Positions 18,490 through 27,595 of a DNA stretch of 34,045 nucleotides are shown in pieces; the first letter of the stretch is position 1; each line of letters begins with the position of its first letter. The translations under genes were made by a program, and so were the position numbers. A model generated the notes under the pieces. That model did no database searches and was not told the DNA's origin. It was given only the letters and a program-made list of their open reading frames with translations. Source of the DNA: an uncultured Verrucomicrobiae bacterium (GTDB lineage: Bacteria > Verrucomicrobiota > Verrucomicrobiia > Limisphaerales > JAFGQR01); contig CAWBHS010000113.1 in the NCBI GenBank assembly GCA_963788655.1, forward strand, positions 1 through 34,045, read 5' to 3'.

Positions 18490-18987
18490 TCATTTGTCCA
18501 TCACTCTACCAAGAATGTTCTCACGTGGTAAAGCGCCCCAGTAGCGGCTGTCCAGTGCGTTTGTCGTATTGTCGCCCAGCAGAAAATATGAGCCTGTCGG
18601 CACCCGATACGGATACGAAATGGAAGGCGAATGACGGGGTGCAACGTAGTGAATGCCAGATAAACGCGCAGGCGGCTCCTGCCGTTGTCCATCTATGTAA
18701 ATGGCGTCGTCACGAAATTCCAGTTGCTCGTTTGGCAGGGCGATGACCCGCATTACCCAGAACTCCTTAGCGACTTTTCCCGGCGCAGGTGTGGGATGAA
18801 ACACGATGACATCCCAGCGGCTGGGCGCCGCCCTCTGGTAGGCTGCCATGTCAGCTACGACGACTTCATTTGGCTGGATCGTCGGTGACATGGAGGTACT
18901 ACTCTGCCGAAAGTGGCGCTGCGAGTCCGAACATCCAACGAGAGTGGTCAGCAACAGCAGAATCGATGGAATATAGATGCGTGTCAT
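18490..18987 (-). CDS. Signal peptidase I (S26)-like protein with a lipoprotein-type signal; integron cassette 3
   Basis: SSTSMSPTI (box B), RWDVIVF (box C), VMRVIALP (box D, Lys replaced by Met), YFLLGDNTTNALDSRYWG (box E); N-terminus LLLLTTLVG-C. Confidence 0.88.
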   Translation of the reverse strand: MTRIYIPSILLLLTTLVGCSDSQRHFRQSSTSMSPTIQPNEVVVADMAAYQRAAPSRWDVIVFHPTPAPGKVAKEFWVMRVIALPNEQLEFRDDAIYIDGQRQEPPARLSGIHYVAPRHSPSISYPYRVPTGSYFLLGDNTTNALDSRYWGALPRENILGRVMDK

Positions 18988-18990
18988 GCT

Positions 18991-19119
18991 GGCCAACGCT
19001 CAAGTCACTGACCGCCGCCGAGAATCCGGGAACGTCGGCAGCGAATCCGACATTGGAATCTCTCGGCCAGTCCGAATGCCAGCAGGCTGGCGGCGGTTCG
19101 GTGCATTGGATGGTTCGCC
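18991..19119 (-). other. attC site (cassette 2)
   Basis: Minus strand GGCGAAC ... ACCGAACCGCCGCC ... GGCGGCGGTCAGT ... GTTGGCC; 129 bp; the next ATG follows 3 nt after the core. Confidence 0.82.
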
Positions 19120-19752
19120 ATTGGTCTTTGCTCTACGTCGCCCCAGCATAAACCAGAGGCAGATGATGGCCCACAAACCGGCCCACCAATACAACGAATA
19201 AGGGTAGCGCGATCCGGCTGAAGAGTAAATCATTGTGCCACTAAGTGGCTTCTCGAAATGATAGCCGTGATGCCGGGGAGGGGGTAAACGGCCCAGTGCG
19301 GCATCCTCAATCATGCCTTGAATACAATCGACCGCCTTCACCTCTTCCGGCCGTAACGCGGCCAGCGGAGCGCCAAAAAGTAATTCCGATAATGACTTGG
19401 GCGAGACGGGAACAGAGTGATCCGAAACTCGCAGCGTCATGGAAGCGGTCTCGATCTGCCCGCTCCTGTCACCGGCTTCCCCTGACCAACTAAAGGATAA
19501 AAGCGGATACTGATAATTGTCAGGGCGAAACCAATGCCATCGCGCTGGCGACCTCCCCTCGATATGCACGCCCACAGAACGGTCCAAGCCAAAATACCCC
19601 AGTTTGGTAGTGAGCGAACCATGAAAGGAGCCAAAGCCGGAATCATCGTACCGACCCTTGAGCAGTCCAGACAGCAGAAACACAATAATCGCCCCTGCCG
19701 GCAGCATCAGCAAAAGACCAGCAGCTTTCAATCGTGTTGAGGGCGTTTTCAT
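19000..19752 (-). CDS. Hypothetical membrane protein (two TM segments); integron cassette 2, ORF reads through its attC
   Basis: 250-aa ORF, ATG 3 nt after the core site, hydrophobic segments at both ends; the last ~40 codons are attC sequence. Confidence 0.75.
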   Translation of the reverse strand: MKTPSTRLKAAGLLLMLPAGAIIVFLLSGLLKGRYDDSGFGSFHGSLTTKLGYFGLDRSVGVHIEGRSPARWHWFRPDNYQYPLLSFSWSGEAGDRSGQIETASMTLRVSDHSVPVSPKSLSELLFGAPLAALRPEEVKAVDCIQGMIEDAALGRLPPPRHHGYHFEKPLSGTMIYSSAGSRYPYSLYWWAGLWAIICLWFMLGRRRAKTNGEPSNAPNRRQPAGIRTGREIPMSDSLPTFPDSRRRSVT

Positions 19753-19755
19753 TCT

Positions 19756-19860
19756 GGCGAGCGATCAGCTGACCGATGACGAGGAGCGCGCCAAGGGCGT
19801 CCGGCTTGGAACATGCGTCTGCCCGCGCTCCTCGTCATTCGGTCGAGCGTCTGGTTCGGC
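19756..19860 (-). other. attC site (cassette 1)
   Basis: Minus strand GCCGAAC ... GACCGAATGACGAGGAGCGCG ... CGCGCTCCTCGTCATCGGTC ... GCTCGCC; 105 bp, 20-bp stem with one extra A; the R' core has GCT in place of GTT. Confidence 0.85.
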
Positions 19861-19864
19861 GATC

Positions 19865-20536
19865 TCATAGAACATTTCCGACTTGGGCTCGCTGCGCGTA
19901 GGAAGCAAGCTCGGGACGCAGATTCGGTGTGCAGGCGAGAAAGTCGTCAACGATCCCGGAGACATGTGGGTAGTAGATGGACCACTCGCTAATGCCGTGT
20001 AGCGCACTCTCCCGGCAAGCATCGTGTGGAATCGCGAGCAGCCGTCGTAGGACCACAAGAACCTCAGCGTCAAAATCGGCCCGCGCCGGCTCCTCAGGAC
20101 AGCCGTGGATCGGCAGAATATCCCACCACATGTAGCAGGCGCCGTTGAGCGGATTGGCCCCCTTCTCGTCGAGGTGGGAAAGGTGCGAGGAACATCGGGC
20201 AGCCATGACCTGCTCAAAGAGGGGCACGAAAGAACGCAGAGCACGCAAACGCGACGCACTCGGGACTCCGGGATCAACCAGGGCGTACATGAACTCTGAA
20301 CAACTGTTGCTCACCAGAAACCAGAAGCCTTGGTTGAGCTGCTCATCTGAGAACCGGGCCAGCACGCGCCCTGACTCTTCGAAGGTCTCGGCGATGTGCG
20401 TGGCAACTCGGTCTGGAGGCCCCTCCCACTCCGGTGCATCCGGCGCCCAATGCCACGCAGGATCAGTAACCGGGTGATCGAACACATACTCGATCCATTT
20501 GGCGGACGAACCGCTGGTGCCGTTGATCGTGTTCAT
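19865..20536 (-). CDS. Hypothetical protein (223 aa, helical, Trp-rich); integron cassette 1
   Basis: Clean ORF with WIEYVFDHPV, QLNQGFWFL, CYMWWD and ESALHG motifs; bounded by GTTCGGC upstream and an attC downstream. Confidence 0.85.
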   Translation of the reverse strand: MNTINGTSGSSAKWIEYVFDHPVTDPAWHWAPDAPEWEGPPDRVATHIAETFEESGRVLARFSDEQLNQGFWFLVSNSCSEFMYALVDPGVPSASRLRALRSFVPLFEQVMAARCSSHLSHLDEKGANPLNGACYMWWDILPIHGCPEEPARADFDAEVLVVLRRLLAIPHDACRESALHGISEWSIYYPHVSGIVDDFLACTPNLRPELASYAQRAQVGNVL

Positions 20537-20542
20537 TGCTCC

Positions 20543-20600
20543 GCCGAACGCTGTTTAGGTGTACCAACGAGTGGAATAACAGAATTAGGCAGAAACTCAA
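20543..20600 (-). other. attI-like site
   Basis: Minus strand ..GTTATTCCACTCGTTGGTACACCTAAACAGC-GTTCGGC; the core exactly complements the cassette-1 R'' (GCCGAAC), there is no attC-type stem upstream, and the AT-rich CCTAAAC resembles an attI L box. Confidence 0.6.
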
Positions 20601-20617
20601 TGGTCTTCATAAGGCCA

Positions 20618-20646
20618 AAGAAACCCGATTTTGCCACCATTGTCAA
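20618..20646 (-). promoter_or_regulatory. Candidate cassette promoter (Pc-like)
   Basis: TTGACA (20646-20641)-N17-TTTCTT pointing into the array; the -10 box is weak. Confidence 0.4.
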
Positions 20647-20752
20647 TACGGCCAAGGCGTGTGGCAGAACAACGCTTCCAATTGCTTCTTCTCGTTAATG
20701 TCGGTATTGCTTGGCAACATCGTCTCGGCCGGCAGAACGTTGAAGCTGCTTC

Positions 20753-20781
20753 TTGAAGCGGGAAGCCGGCTTGCTTAGAGT
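20753..20781 (+). promoter_or_regulatory. Sigma70-like promoter of the Ala/Gly symporter
   Basis: TTGAAG (20753)-N17-TAGAGT (20776-20781), 12 nt before ATG 20794. Confidence 0.5.
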
Positions 20782-20793
20782 CCCGCCCACATC

Positions 20794-22143
20794 ATGATTG
20801 AGACACTTCAGCGCCTGAACGCGACGCTCAACGGGTATGTGTGGGGCTGGCCCCTAATTGTTCTGCTGATGGGCACGGGCCTCCTGCTCACCCTCGTGAC
20901 CGGTGCGGTCCAGTTCCGCCGCCTGGGATTTGCCCTGCGCGAAGTGCTGGGCAAAATCGCCCAGCGCGGCGGTGGGAAAGGGGACGTCCGTCCCTTCCAG
21001 GCAGTGGCGACTGCGCTCGCCTCCACGGTGGGCGTGGGCAACATTGCCGGCGTAGCCACGGCCATTTACATCGGCGGACCGGGCGCGGTGTTCTGGTTGT
21101 GGGTGTCCGGGCTGTTCGGCATGGCGACCAAGTATGCGGAGATCGTGGTGGCGCTGCATTACCGGCAAACCGATTCCTCTGGCACAATGCGGGGCGGGGC
21201 GATGTATGTCCTGAAGCAAGGGCTTGGTTGGCCGTGGCTGGGCGGTGTGTTCGCGTTGCTGACCGCGCTGGCGGCCTTTGGCATCGGCAATATGGTGCAG
21301 GCCAATTCGGTGGCCGACGCGCTTAAGGCCACCTTCAATGTTCCCACTTGGACGACCGGCATCGCGCTGGTCGTCCTAACGGCCATGGTCATTCTGGGCG
21401 GAATCAAGTCCATTGCCAAGGTGACCCAATGGCTCGTGCCGTTCATGGCGGTGTTCTATTTGTGCGGGGCGGTGATCGTGCTGGGATTGTTTGCCGACCA
21501 ACTGCCACACGCATTCGGGCTGATCTTCGACGGCGCGTTCTCCGGCACGGCGGCGGCGGGTGGCTTTGCCGGTAGCACGATCATGATGGCGCTCCGTTAC
21601 GGTGTGGCCCGGGGTTTATTTTCCAACGAAGCCGGGCTGGGCAGCGCACCGATGGTCCACTGTGCCGCGGACACCGACCATCCCGTGCGGCAGGGCATGT
21701 ATGGCGTGTTCGAGGTGTTCGTGGATACGTTGCTGATTTGCACCGCGACGGCCCTGGTGATTCTGGTGACGGATACCTGGAGCAGCGGCACGACCGGCGC
21801 GGCGTTGTCGGCCAAGGCATTTGAGACCGGGCTGCCCGGCACGTTCGGTGACGTGGTCGTTACCGGCGGATTGATGCTGTTCGCGTTCTCAACGCTGCTC
21901 GGCTGGAGTTACTACGGGGAAACGGGCATCGTTTATCTGCTGGGGGCCAAAGCCGCGATGCCCTATCGGTTCGTCTGGCTGGGGTTTGTTTACCTGGGTG
22001 CGACCGGTTCGCTCCACTTGGTCTGGGACATCGCCGACACGCTTAATGGCCTGATGGCGATCCCCAATTTGATCGCCCTGCTGGCCTCCCTTCCGCTGCT
22101 GCTGCGGCTGCAACGGGAGTTTTTCAGCGGGTCGCCGAAATGA
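20794..22143 (+). CDS. Alanine/glycine:cation symporter (AGCS family)
   Basis: PFQAVATALASTVGVGNIAGVATAI..GGPGAVFW, GIGNMVQANS, GVARGLFSNEAGLGSAP, FVDTLLICTATA, NGLMAIPNLIAL. Confidence 0.96.
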   Translation: MIETLQRLNATLNGYVWGWPLIVLLMGTGLLLTLVTGAVQFRRLGFALREVLGKIAQRGGGKGDVRPFQAVATALASTVGVGNIAGVATAIYIGGPGAVFWLWVSGLFGMATKYAEIVVALHYRQTDSSGTMRGGAMYVLKQGLGWPWLGGVFALLTALAAFGIGNMVQANSVADALKATFNVPTWTTGIALVVLTAMVILGGIKSIAKVTQWLVPFMAVFYLCGAVIVLGLFADQLPHAFGLIFDGAFSGTAAAGGFAGSTIMMALRYGVARGLFSNEAGLGSAPMVHCAADTDHPVRQGMYGVFEVFVDTLLICTATALVILVTDTWSSGTTGAALSAKAFETGLPGTFGDVVVTGGLMLFAFSTLLGWSYYGETGIVYLLGAKAAMPYRFVWLGFVYLGATGSLHLVWDIADTLNGLMAIPNLIALLASLPLLLRLQREFFSGSPK

Positions 22144-22401
22144 CCGAAGGACGAGACATCTCTTGAATTCTCTCGGGATCCGAATTGCTGGGAGATAGCA
22201 ACCAGCGGGCGTTGCTAACCGAACGAATCCCGAAGCAGATGACCAAGTCGCAGCCTCCAAACCGTGAGCAGGCATGGGACGCAGGCGGCTGATCCACCGA
22301 ATTATTGGTGAAAATTCCGCACAATCGCTTCAAGAATCTCTGCACCGGAGCTTGACCTTTTGGCCCGGCAGGGCAGATTACGCGGCTCAATTGAACCGAA
22401 T

Positions 22402-24246
22402 ATGCAGCACATACGCAACATCGCCATCATCGCCCACGTGGACCACGGCAAAACCACGCTGGTGGATTGCCTGCTCAAACAGTCCGGCACGTTCCGCGCC
22501 AACCAGGCCATTGCCCACGAGGAACGCATCATGGACTCGATGGATCTCGAACGCGAAAAGGGCATCACCATCCGCGCCAAGAACGCCGCGTTCAAATACA
22601 AGAACTTCCACATCAACATCGTGGACACTCCCGGCCACGCGGATTTCGGCGGCGAGGTCGAGCGGATCATGAACATGATTGACGGCGTGCTGCTGGTGGT
22701 GGATGCCGCGGAAGGTCCGCAGGCGCAGACGCGGTTTGTGCTGCGCAAGGCGCTCGAAGCCGGGGCCAAGCCGATCGTGGTCATCAACAAGATCGACCGC
22801 GAAAACGCCAATCCCAAGAAAGTGCTCGACGAGGTGTTCGAACTGTTCATTTCGCTCCACGCCACGGACGAGCAGCTGGATTTTCCGTTCGTCTATGCTC
22901 AGCGCCAAGGAAGGCTATGCCAAGCTGGAACTGGATCACGTTACGGGCACGATGGAGCCGCTCTTCGAGGCCATCGTGAAGTACATCCCGCCGCCGCGCG
23001 CCCACGCCGGCGAAGGCTTCCAGGTGCTGGTGGCCAACCTGGATTACAGCGATTACCTCGGGCGCATTGCCTTCGGCAAGATTTACCAGGGCAAAGTGCA
23101 AGGTGGGCGAGACCGCCGTCTGCCTCCACGGCGATGGTCGCAGACCAAGGCCAAGATCACCTGCATTTACCATTTTGAAGGGCTGAAGCGCATTGAAATA
23201 CCCGGAGGCGCATGCCGGCGACATCGTGGGCATTGACCGGCTTCGAGGATGTGTTCATTGGGGAAACCCTGATGGACAATGCCGACCGCGGCGCGTTGCC
23301 GTCCATGCCGATTGATCCGCCCACAATTCAAATGGAGTTCGCCGTGAACGACGGCCCGCTGGCCGGGCAGGAGGGCAAACTCGTCACCGCCCGGCACATC
23401 TGGGAACGGCTCGTCAAGGAGACCCGCACCAACGTCGCGCTGCGAAGTCGCGCAAACGGCCGACCCCAAGATCTTCGCCGTCAGTGGCCGCGGCGAAATG
23501 CAGATCGCCATCCTCGTCGAGCAAATGCGCCGCGAAGGCTATGAGGTGCTGGTTTCGCGCCCGGAAGTGCTGTGGAAAAAGGATCCAGATGGCAAGCTGC
23601 TGGAACCGATTGAAAAGCTGTTCCTGGAAATGCCGCAAGGATCACCTGGGGCCGGTGCTGGAAAATCTGGCCTTCCGCAAGGCGCGAAATCGTCGAATAT
23701 GAGCCACCATGGCGACCAGGTGAGCATCGAGGCGCTGATCCCCATGCGCGGTCTGATCGGTTTTGAAACCGACCTGGTCAACATGACCCGCGGTCTGGGC
23801 GTGATGAGCCACATGTTCCACGAATACGGCCCGGACCGGGGCGAAATCGCTCGCCCGCAAGAACGGTTCGCTCGTCAGCATGGAAGACGGCGACGCCACG
23901 TCCTACGCGCTGAACATGATCCAGGAACGGGGCCGCTTGATGGTCGAGCCGGGCGACCGCGTTTACAAGGGCATGATTGTGGGCGAAAACGCGCGCGACA
24001 ACGACATCCCGGTCAATCCGTGCAAAGCGAAGCAGCTCACCAACATGCGGTCCCAAGGCGACGGCAAGGGCATCCAACTCGAACGCCCCGCTGAGGCTGT
24101 CGCTCGAACGCGCGCTCGAATACATTGGCTCGGATGAATACGTGGAAGCCACCCCCAAAAACTTGCGCCTCCGCAAAAAGATTCTCGATGAAAACCAGCG
24201 CAAGCGCGCGGCTCAAAACCGAGCCATCAAGATGCTGGCGGAATAA
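22402..24246 (+). CDS. typA: Translational GTPase TypA/BipA; broken by many single-base indels
   Basis: [113 protein letters not shown], spread across all three frames. Confidence 0.96.
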
Positions 24247-24493
24247 GTCGGTTCTTTGGCTGGCACGGTCTGTTTTTTAGTTAGCACCTACGGCTGGCAG
24301 CGTCTTGCTTGGCTGTCAGTTTGGTTCAAGGGCAGGTGCATCGTGTTGACAACCCAAGGAACGATGACAATCTTGGACGGATGATGGGCTAATTAACCTG
24401 TCTGGAGCCTTTCGTTGATGGCGGGAGGTTTACCAATGGAACGGATCAAGCCATGCCAGTGCCATGGCTAACATCACGAAAGGGTAATTGGTT

Positions 24494-25133
24494 ATGAACT
24501 TTCAGGGGCCGAGTAACGAAGCGTCCCGCATAATCCTCGATGCCATTCCTTTGCCGGTGCTGGTCGTGGACGAAGACGTTAGGATTCTGGATGCCAATAG
24601 CGCCGGAATCCAAATGCTCGGCGGCGAAAGTGAGTTGGTGCTGCGGCAGCGCAGTGGGGAAGCCCTGCACTGTGTGCATTCCTTCGAGTCCGCCCAGGGG
24701 TGCGGCTATGGAGAGCAATGCAAGGATTGTGTGATTCGCAATTCAGTTCACAGCTCCCTGCACGGCCGGCGAATGGTGCGTCAAAAGTTGACCCTGCAAC
24801 TCGCCAACGCAACCAAGAGTCGTGCAGTCGAAATGCTGATTACCACCTCGCCCTTGCAGCTCCGGGATCAGCGGTTGGTGCTCGTGATTTTGGAGGACAT
24901 AACTGAGCTGACGGCCTTACGCAGTTTATTGCCCATCTGCGCCAAGTGCAAAAAAATCCGGGATGACCGACAATACTGGCACCAACTGGAAGGTTACATG
25001 TCGGTTCATCATCACGTGGATTTCTCCCACGGGCTTCTGTCCGGATTGCGCTCAAGAATTTCTCGCGAATTCGGCGCCTCCGGCAGTGGTTCCCCAATCT
25101 CTGCCCATCGTTCCACCGCCTTCGACTTCATAG
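24494..25133 (+). CDS. PAS-domain sensor with a C-terminal Cys/His (LLPICxxCKKIR..SHGxCxxC) module; apparent frameshift near 25035
   Basis: ILDAIPLPVLVVDEDVRILDAN (PAS), EDITE, LLPICAKCKKIRDD..YW..LE.Y......FSHGL, then CPDCAQEF in the shifted frame ending at TAG 25131-25133. Confidence 0.82.
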
Positions 25134-25196
25134 GGGAGTGCCCGCCGCGGGCGCCTAATAATTCGTGCCGCAACGGCGGAACGCAAATCCAATCGT

Positions 25197-25376
25197 GGGA
25201 GGGCCAGACTCCGTCGAGCCCTGAGATTCCCGAGGGATCTGCTTTAGGCACGTGACGGTGAATGGGAAATCCTTGGCGTTCGAATATTTGAAAGCCCGAA
25301 AGCTTCCTGCGATTCCTGCGGTTGGTGATCGGAGGTGATCAAGGGAAGTCACGGCTCGACGGAATCTCGCCCTCTC
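25197..25376. repeat. REP-like inverted pair, family F
   Basis: GGGAGGGCCAGACTCCGTCGAGCC ... GGCTCGACGGAATCTCGCCCTCTC. Confidence 0.75.
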
Positions 25377-25451
25377 TGGACCTGAATTGATCGGGTTTAG
25401 CCTTTGCAGCGACCATCCTTTGGCCTAAATTTCCGGCCACGCTCAAACCGT

Positions 25452-26807
25452 ATGCCGAGTGTCTTTATCAAAACCTACGGGTGCCAGATGAACGAGCGCG
25501 ACAGTGAAGCCGTCGCTGCGCAGCTCGTGGCCAAGGGCTATGTCCTCGCTCCCTCCGAAGCTACTGCCGATGTCATCCTGCTGAACACCTGCAGCGTGCG
25601 CGATCTGGCCGAACAGAAAGCGCTCGGCAAGATGGCCAATCTGGCCGCGGAAACCCGACGGCAACGGCCCAACGTCGTGTTGGGATTCATGGGCTGCATG
25701 GCCCAAAGTCGCGGGGCCAGCCTGATCGAGCAGTTGCCCGACGTGGACTTGGTTTTGGGCACGCAAAAATTCCACCGCGCCGGGGATTACTTGAACGACT
25801 TGTTCGAAGGCCGTCGCGACAAAATCGTGGATACCGCGGCCGAACCGCGGAGTCAGGATGCCATCCGGGAGCATCTCGTTCACGGAGCCGGTCCTAAAGC
25901 AGTCACGGCTTATGTGAGCATCATGCAAGGCTGCAATCAGCGATGCACCTTTTGTATTGTGCCGGACACCCGCGGGCCGGAGCGAAGCCGCCCCATTCCC
26001 GACATCGTCGCCGAATGTCACGATCTCGTGACCCAGGGCGTGAAGGAAATTACCTTGCTCGGGCAAATCGTAACGAGCTATGGCCGCCGGGACATTCCCG
26101 TCAGAGATGGCCAATCGGCTTTCGTTCAATTGCTGGAAGCCGTTCATGAAGTGGAAGGCTTGGACCGCATCCGCTTCACGTCGCCGCATCCGAAAGGCTA
26201 CGGCGATGACCTGGTGGAGGCGTATCGCCGATTGCCCAAACTCGTCGAGAGCGCGCACATCCCGGTCCAAAGCGGCAGCAATCGCGTGCTCAAGCTCATG
26301 CACCGCGGTTACACGCGCGAACGTTACCTGGACATCATTCAGAAGCTCCGTCGTGTCCAACCTGGCATTGGCCTCTGCACCGACATCATCGTGGGATTTC
26401 CAGGCGAAACCGAACCGGATTTCGAAGACACGCTGACGCTGGTGCGCGAGGTTCAATTTGATCAGGCTTACATTTTCAAATATTCACCCCGCAAAGATAC
26501 TCCGGCCGCGGAGATGCCGGATCAGGTTCCCGTGGAAGTCCGCGAAGAACGGAACCATCGGTTGCTCGAGTGCATGAACGAAGTGGGCGGACGCAAGTAT
26601 CGCGACTATGTGGGCCGGACGGTGGAAATCCTGGTGGAAGGTCCCAGCAAAAAGAATCCCGCGCGATTGATGGGGCGCACCGGCAGCAACAAGATCGTGG
26701 TGTTCGAAGGCGCCGACCGCCATCGCGGCCAACTCCTGAACGTCAAGATTACCCGCACCGGTTCCTTCACCCTTTATGGTGATCCGGCCATCGTAAATTT
26801 GGATTGA
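25452..26807 (+). CDS. miaB: tRNA-2-methylthio-N6-dimethylallyladenosine synthase
   Basis: IKTYGCQMNERDSE, NTCSVR, GCMAQ, radical SAM GCNQRCTFCIVP.TRG, RIRFTSPHP, DIIVGFPGET, C-terminal TRAM domain. Confidence 0.97.
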   Translation: MPSVFIKTYGCQMNERDSEAVAAQLVAKGYVLAPSEATADVILLNTCSVRDLAEQKALGKMANLAAETRRQRPNVVLGFMGCMAQSRGASLIEQLPDVDLVLGTQKFHRAGDYLNDLFEGRRDKIVDTAAEPRSQDAIREHLVHGAGPKAVTAYVSIMQGCNQRCTFCIVPDTRGPERSRPIPDIVAECHDLVTQGVKEITLLGQIVTSYGRRDIPVRDGQSAFVQLLEAVHEVEGLDRIRFTSPHPKGYGDDLVEAYRRLPKLVESAHIPVQSGSNRVLKLMHRGYTRERYLDIIQKLRRVQPGIGLCTDIIVGFPGETEPDFEDTLTLVREVQFDQAYIFKYSPRKDTPAAEMPDQVPVEVREERNHRLLECMNEVGGRKYRDYVGRTVEILVEGPSKKNPARLMGRTGSNKIVVFEGADRHRGQLLNVKITRTGSFTLYGDPAIVNLD

Positions 26808-26809
26808 TC

Positions 26810-27595
26810 ATGGTGGAGGAAACCGTCCAGATCATTTCCAACGAGCGCAACACGGACCTGTATTCTCTCCTGGTGGTGCGCGCACCCCAGATCGCCTCGC
26901 TGGTGCAGCCGGGCCAGTTTGCCCATCTCCGCATCCTGCCCCTGAAAGACGCGTTGCTGCGGCGGCCATTCAGTATTTACCAGGTTTCCGGCGAGACGTT
27001 TTCCGTGCTCTATAAAGCCGTGGGCAAAGGCACCGAAATGCTCTCCCGAATGCAACCCGGCGAAGAACTCAGCGCCATTGGTCCACTTGGCCATGGCTTT
27101 ACCGTGCCGGCGCCCGGCGGCGAAACACCGTTGCTGGTGGCCGGTGGTTATGGCATGGCCGCACTGTATCTGCTGGCGCAACGCTCCCCGCACAAAGGCA
27201 TCGTGTTTGTCGGTGGACGGCGACGCGTGGACATTTTGTGCGAAGACGAATTTCGCGCGCTCGGTTGGGAGGTGCGTGCGACCACGGAGGACGGCAGCCA
27301 TGGCCAGAAAGGCTTGGTGACCGAACCGTTGTTGGCCGAACTCCAGCGGAGCACTGTGGGTCGCAAGTTGTTTGCGTGCGGTCCTACCCCCATGCTCCGC
27401 GCCGTGGGGCAGATGGCCGAGCAATTCAATGTGCCGGCGGAATTGTCCATGGACGAGCCGATGTGTTGCGGGGTGGGTGTCTGTCTGACCTGCGTGATCC
27501 CAGTCAAGGTGGGCGACGGTTGGGAATACCAACGGACCTGCTCGGAAGGGCCGGTTTTTGGGGCGCATCAAATTGCGTGGGAGGTGTTGAAATGA
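26810..27595 (+). CDS. pyrK: Dihydroorotate dehydrogenase electron transfer subunit
   Basis: PGQF, LLRRPFSI, GPLGHGF, LVAGGYG, ACGPTPML, MCCGVGVCLTC...C.EGPVF; adjacent to pyrD. Confidence 0.93.
   Translation: MVEETVQIISNERNTDLYSLLVVRAPQIASLVQPGQFAHLRILPLKDALLRRPFSIYQVSGETFSVLYKAVGKGTEMLSRMQPGEELSAIGPLGHGFTVPAPGGETPLLVAGGYGMAALYLLAQRSPHKGIVFVGGRRRVDILCEDEFRALGWEVRATTEDGSHGQKGLVTEPLLAELQRSTVGRKLFACGPTPMLRAVGQMAEQFNVPAELSMDEPMCCGVGVCLTCVIPVKVGDGWEYQRTCSEGPVFGAHQIAWEVLK

Noticed and set aside
20650..20793. Integron integrase remnant
   Set aside because: Only about 140 bp, with no tyrosine-recombinase motifs visible in the frames I read.
22402..24246. Programmed frameshifting or true pseudogenes in typA, purB and pyrD
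   Set aside because: Scattered single-base indels without slippery sites in otherwise conserved housekeeping genes; assembly error is more parsimonious.
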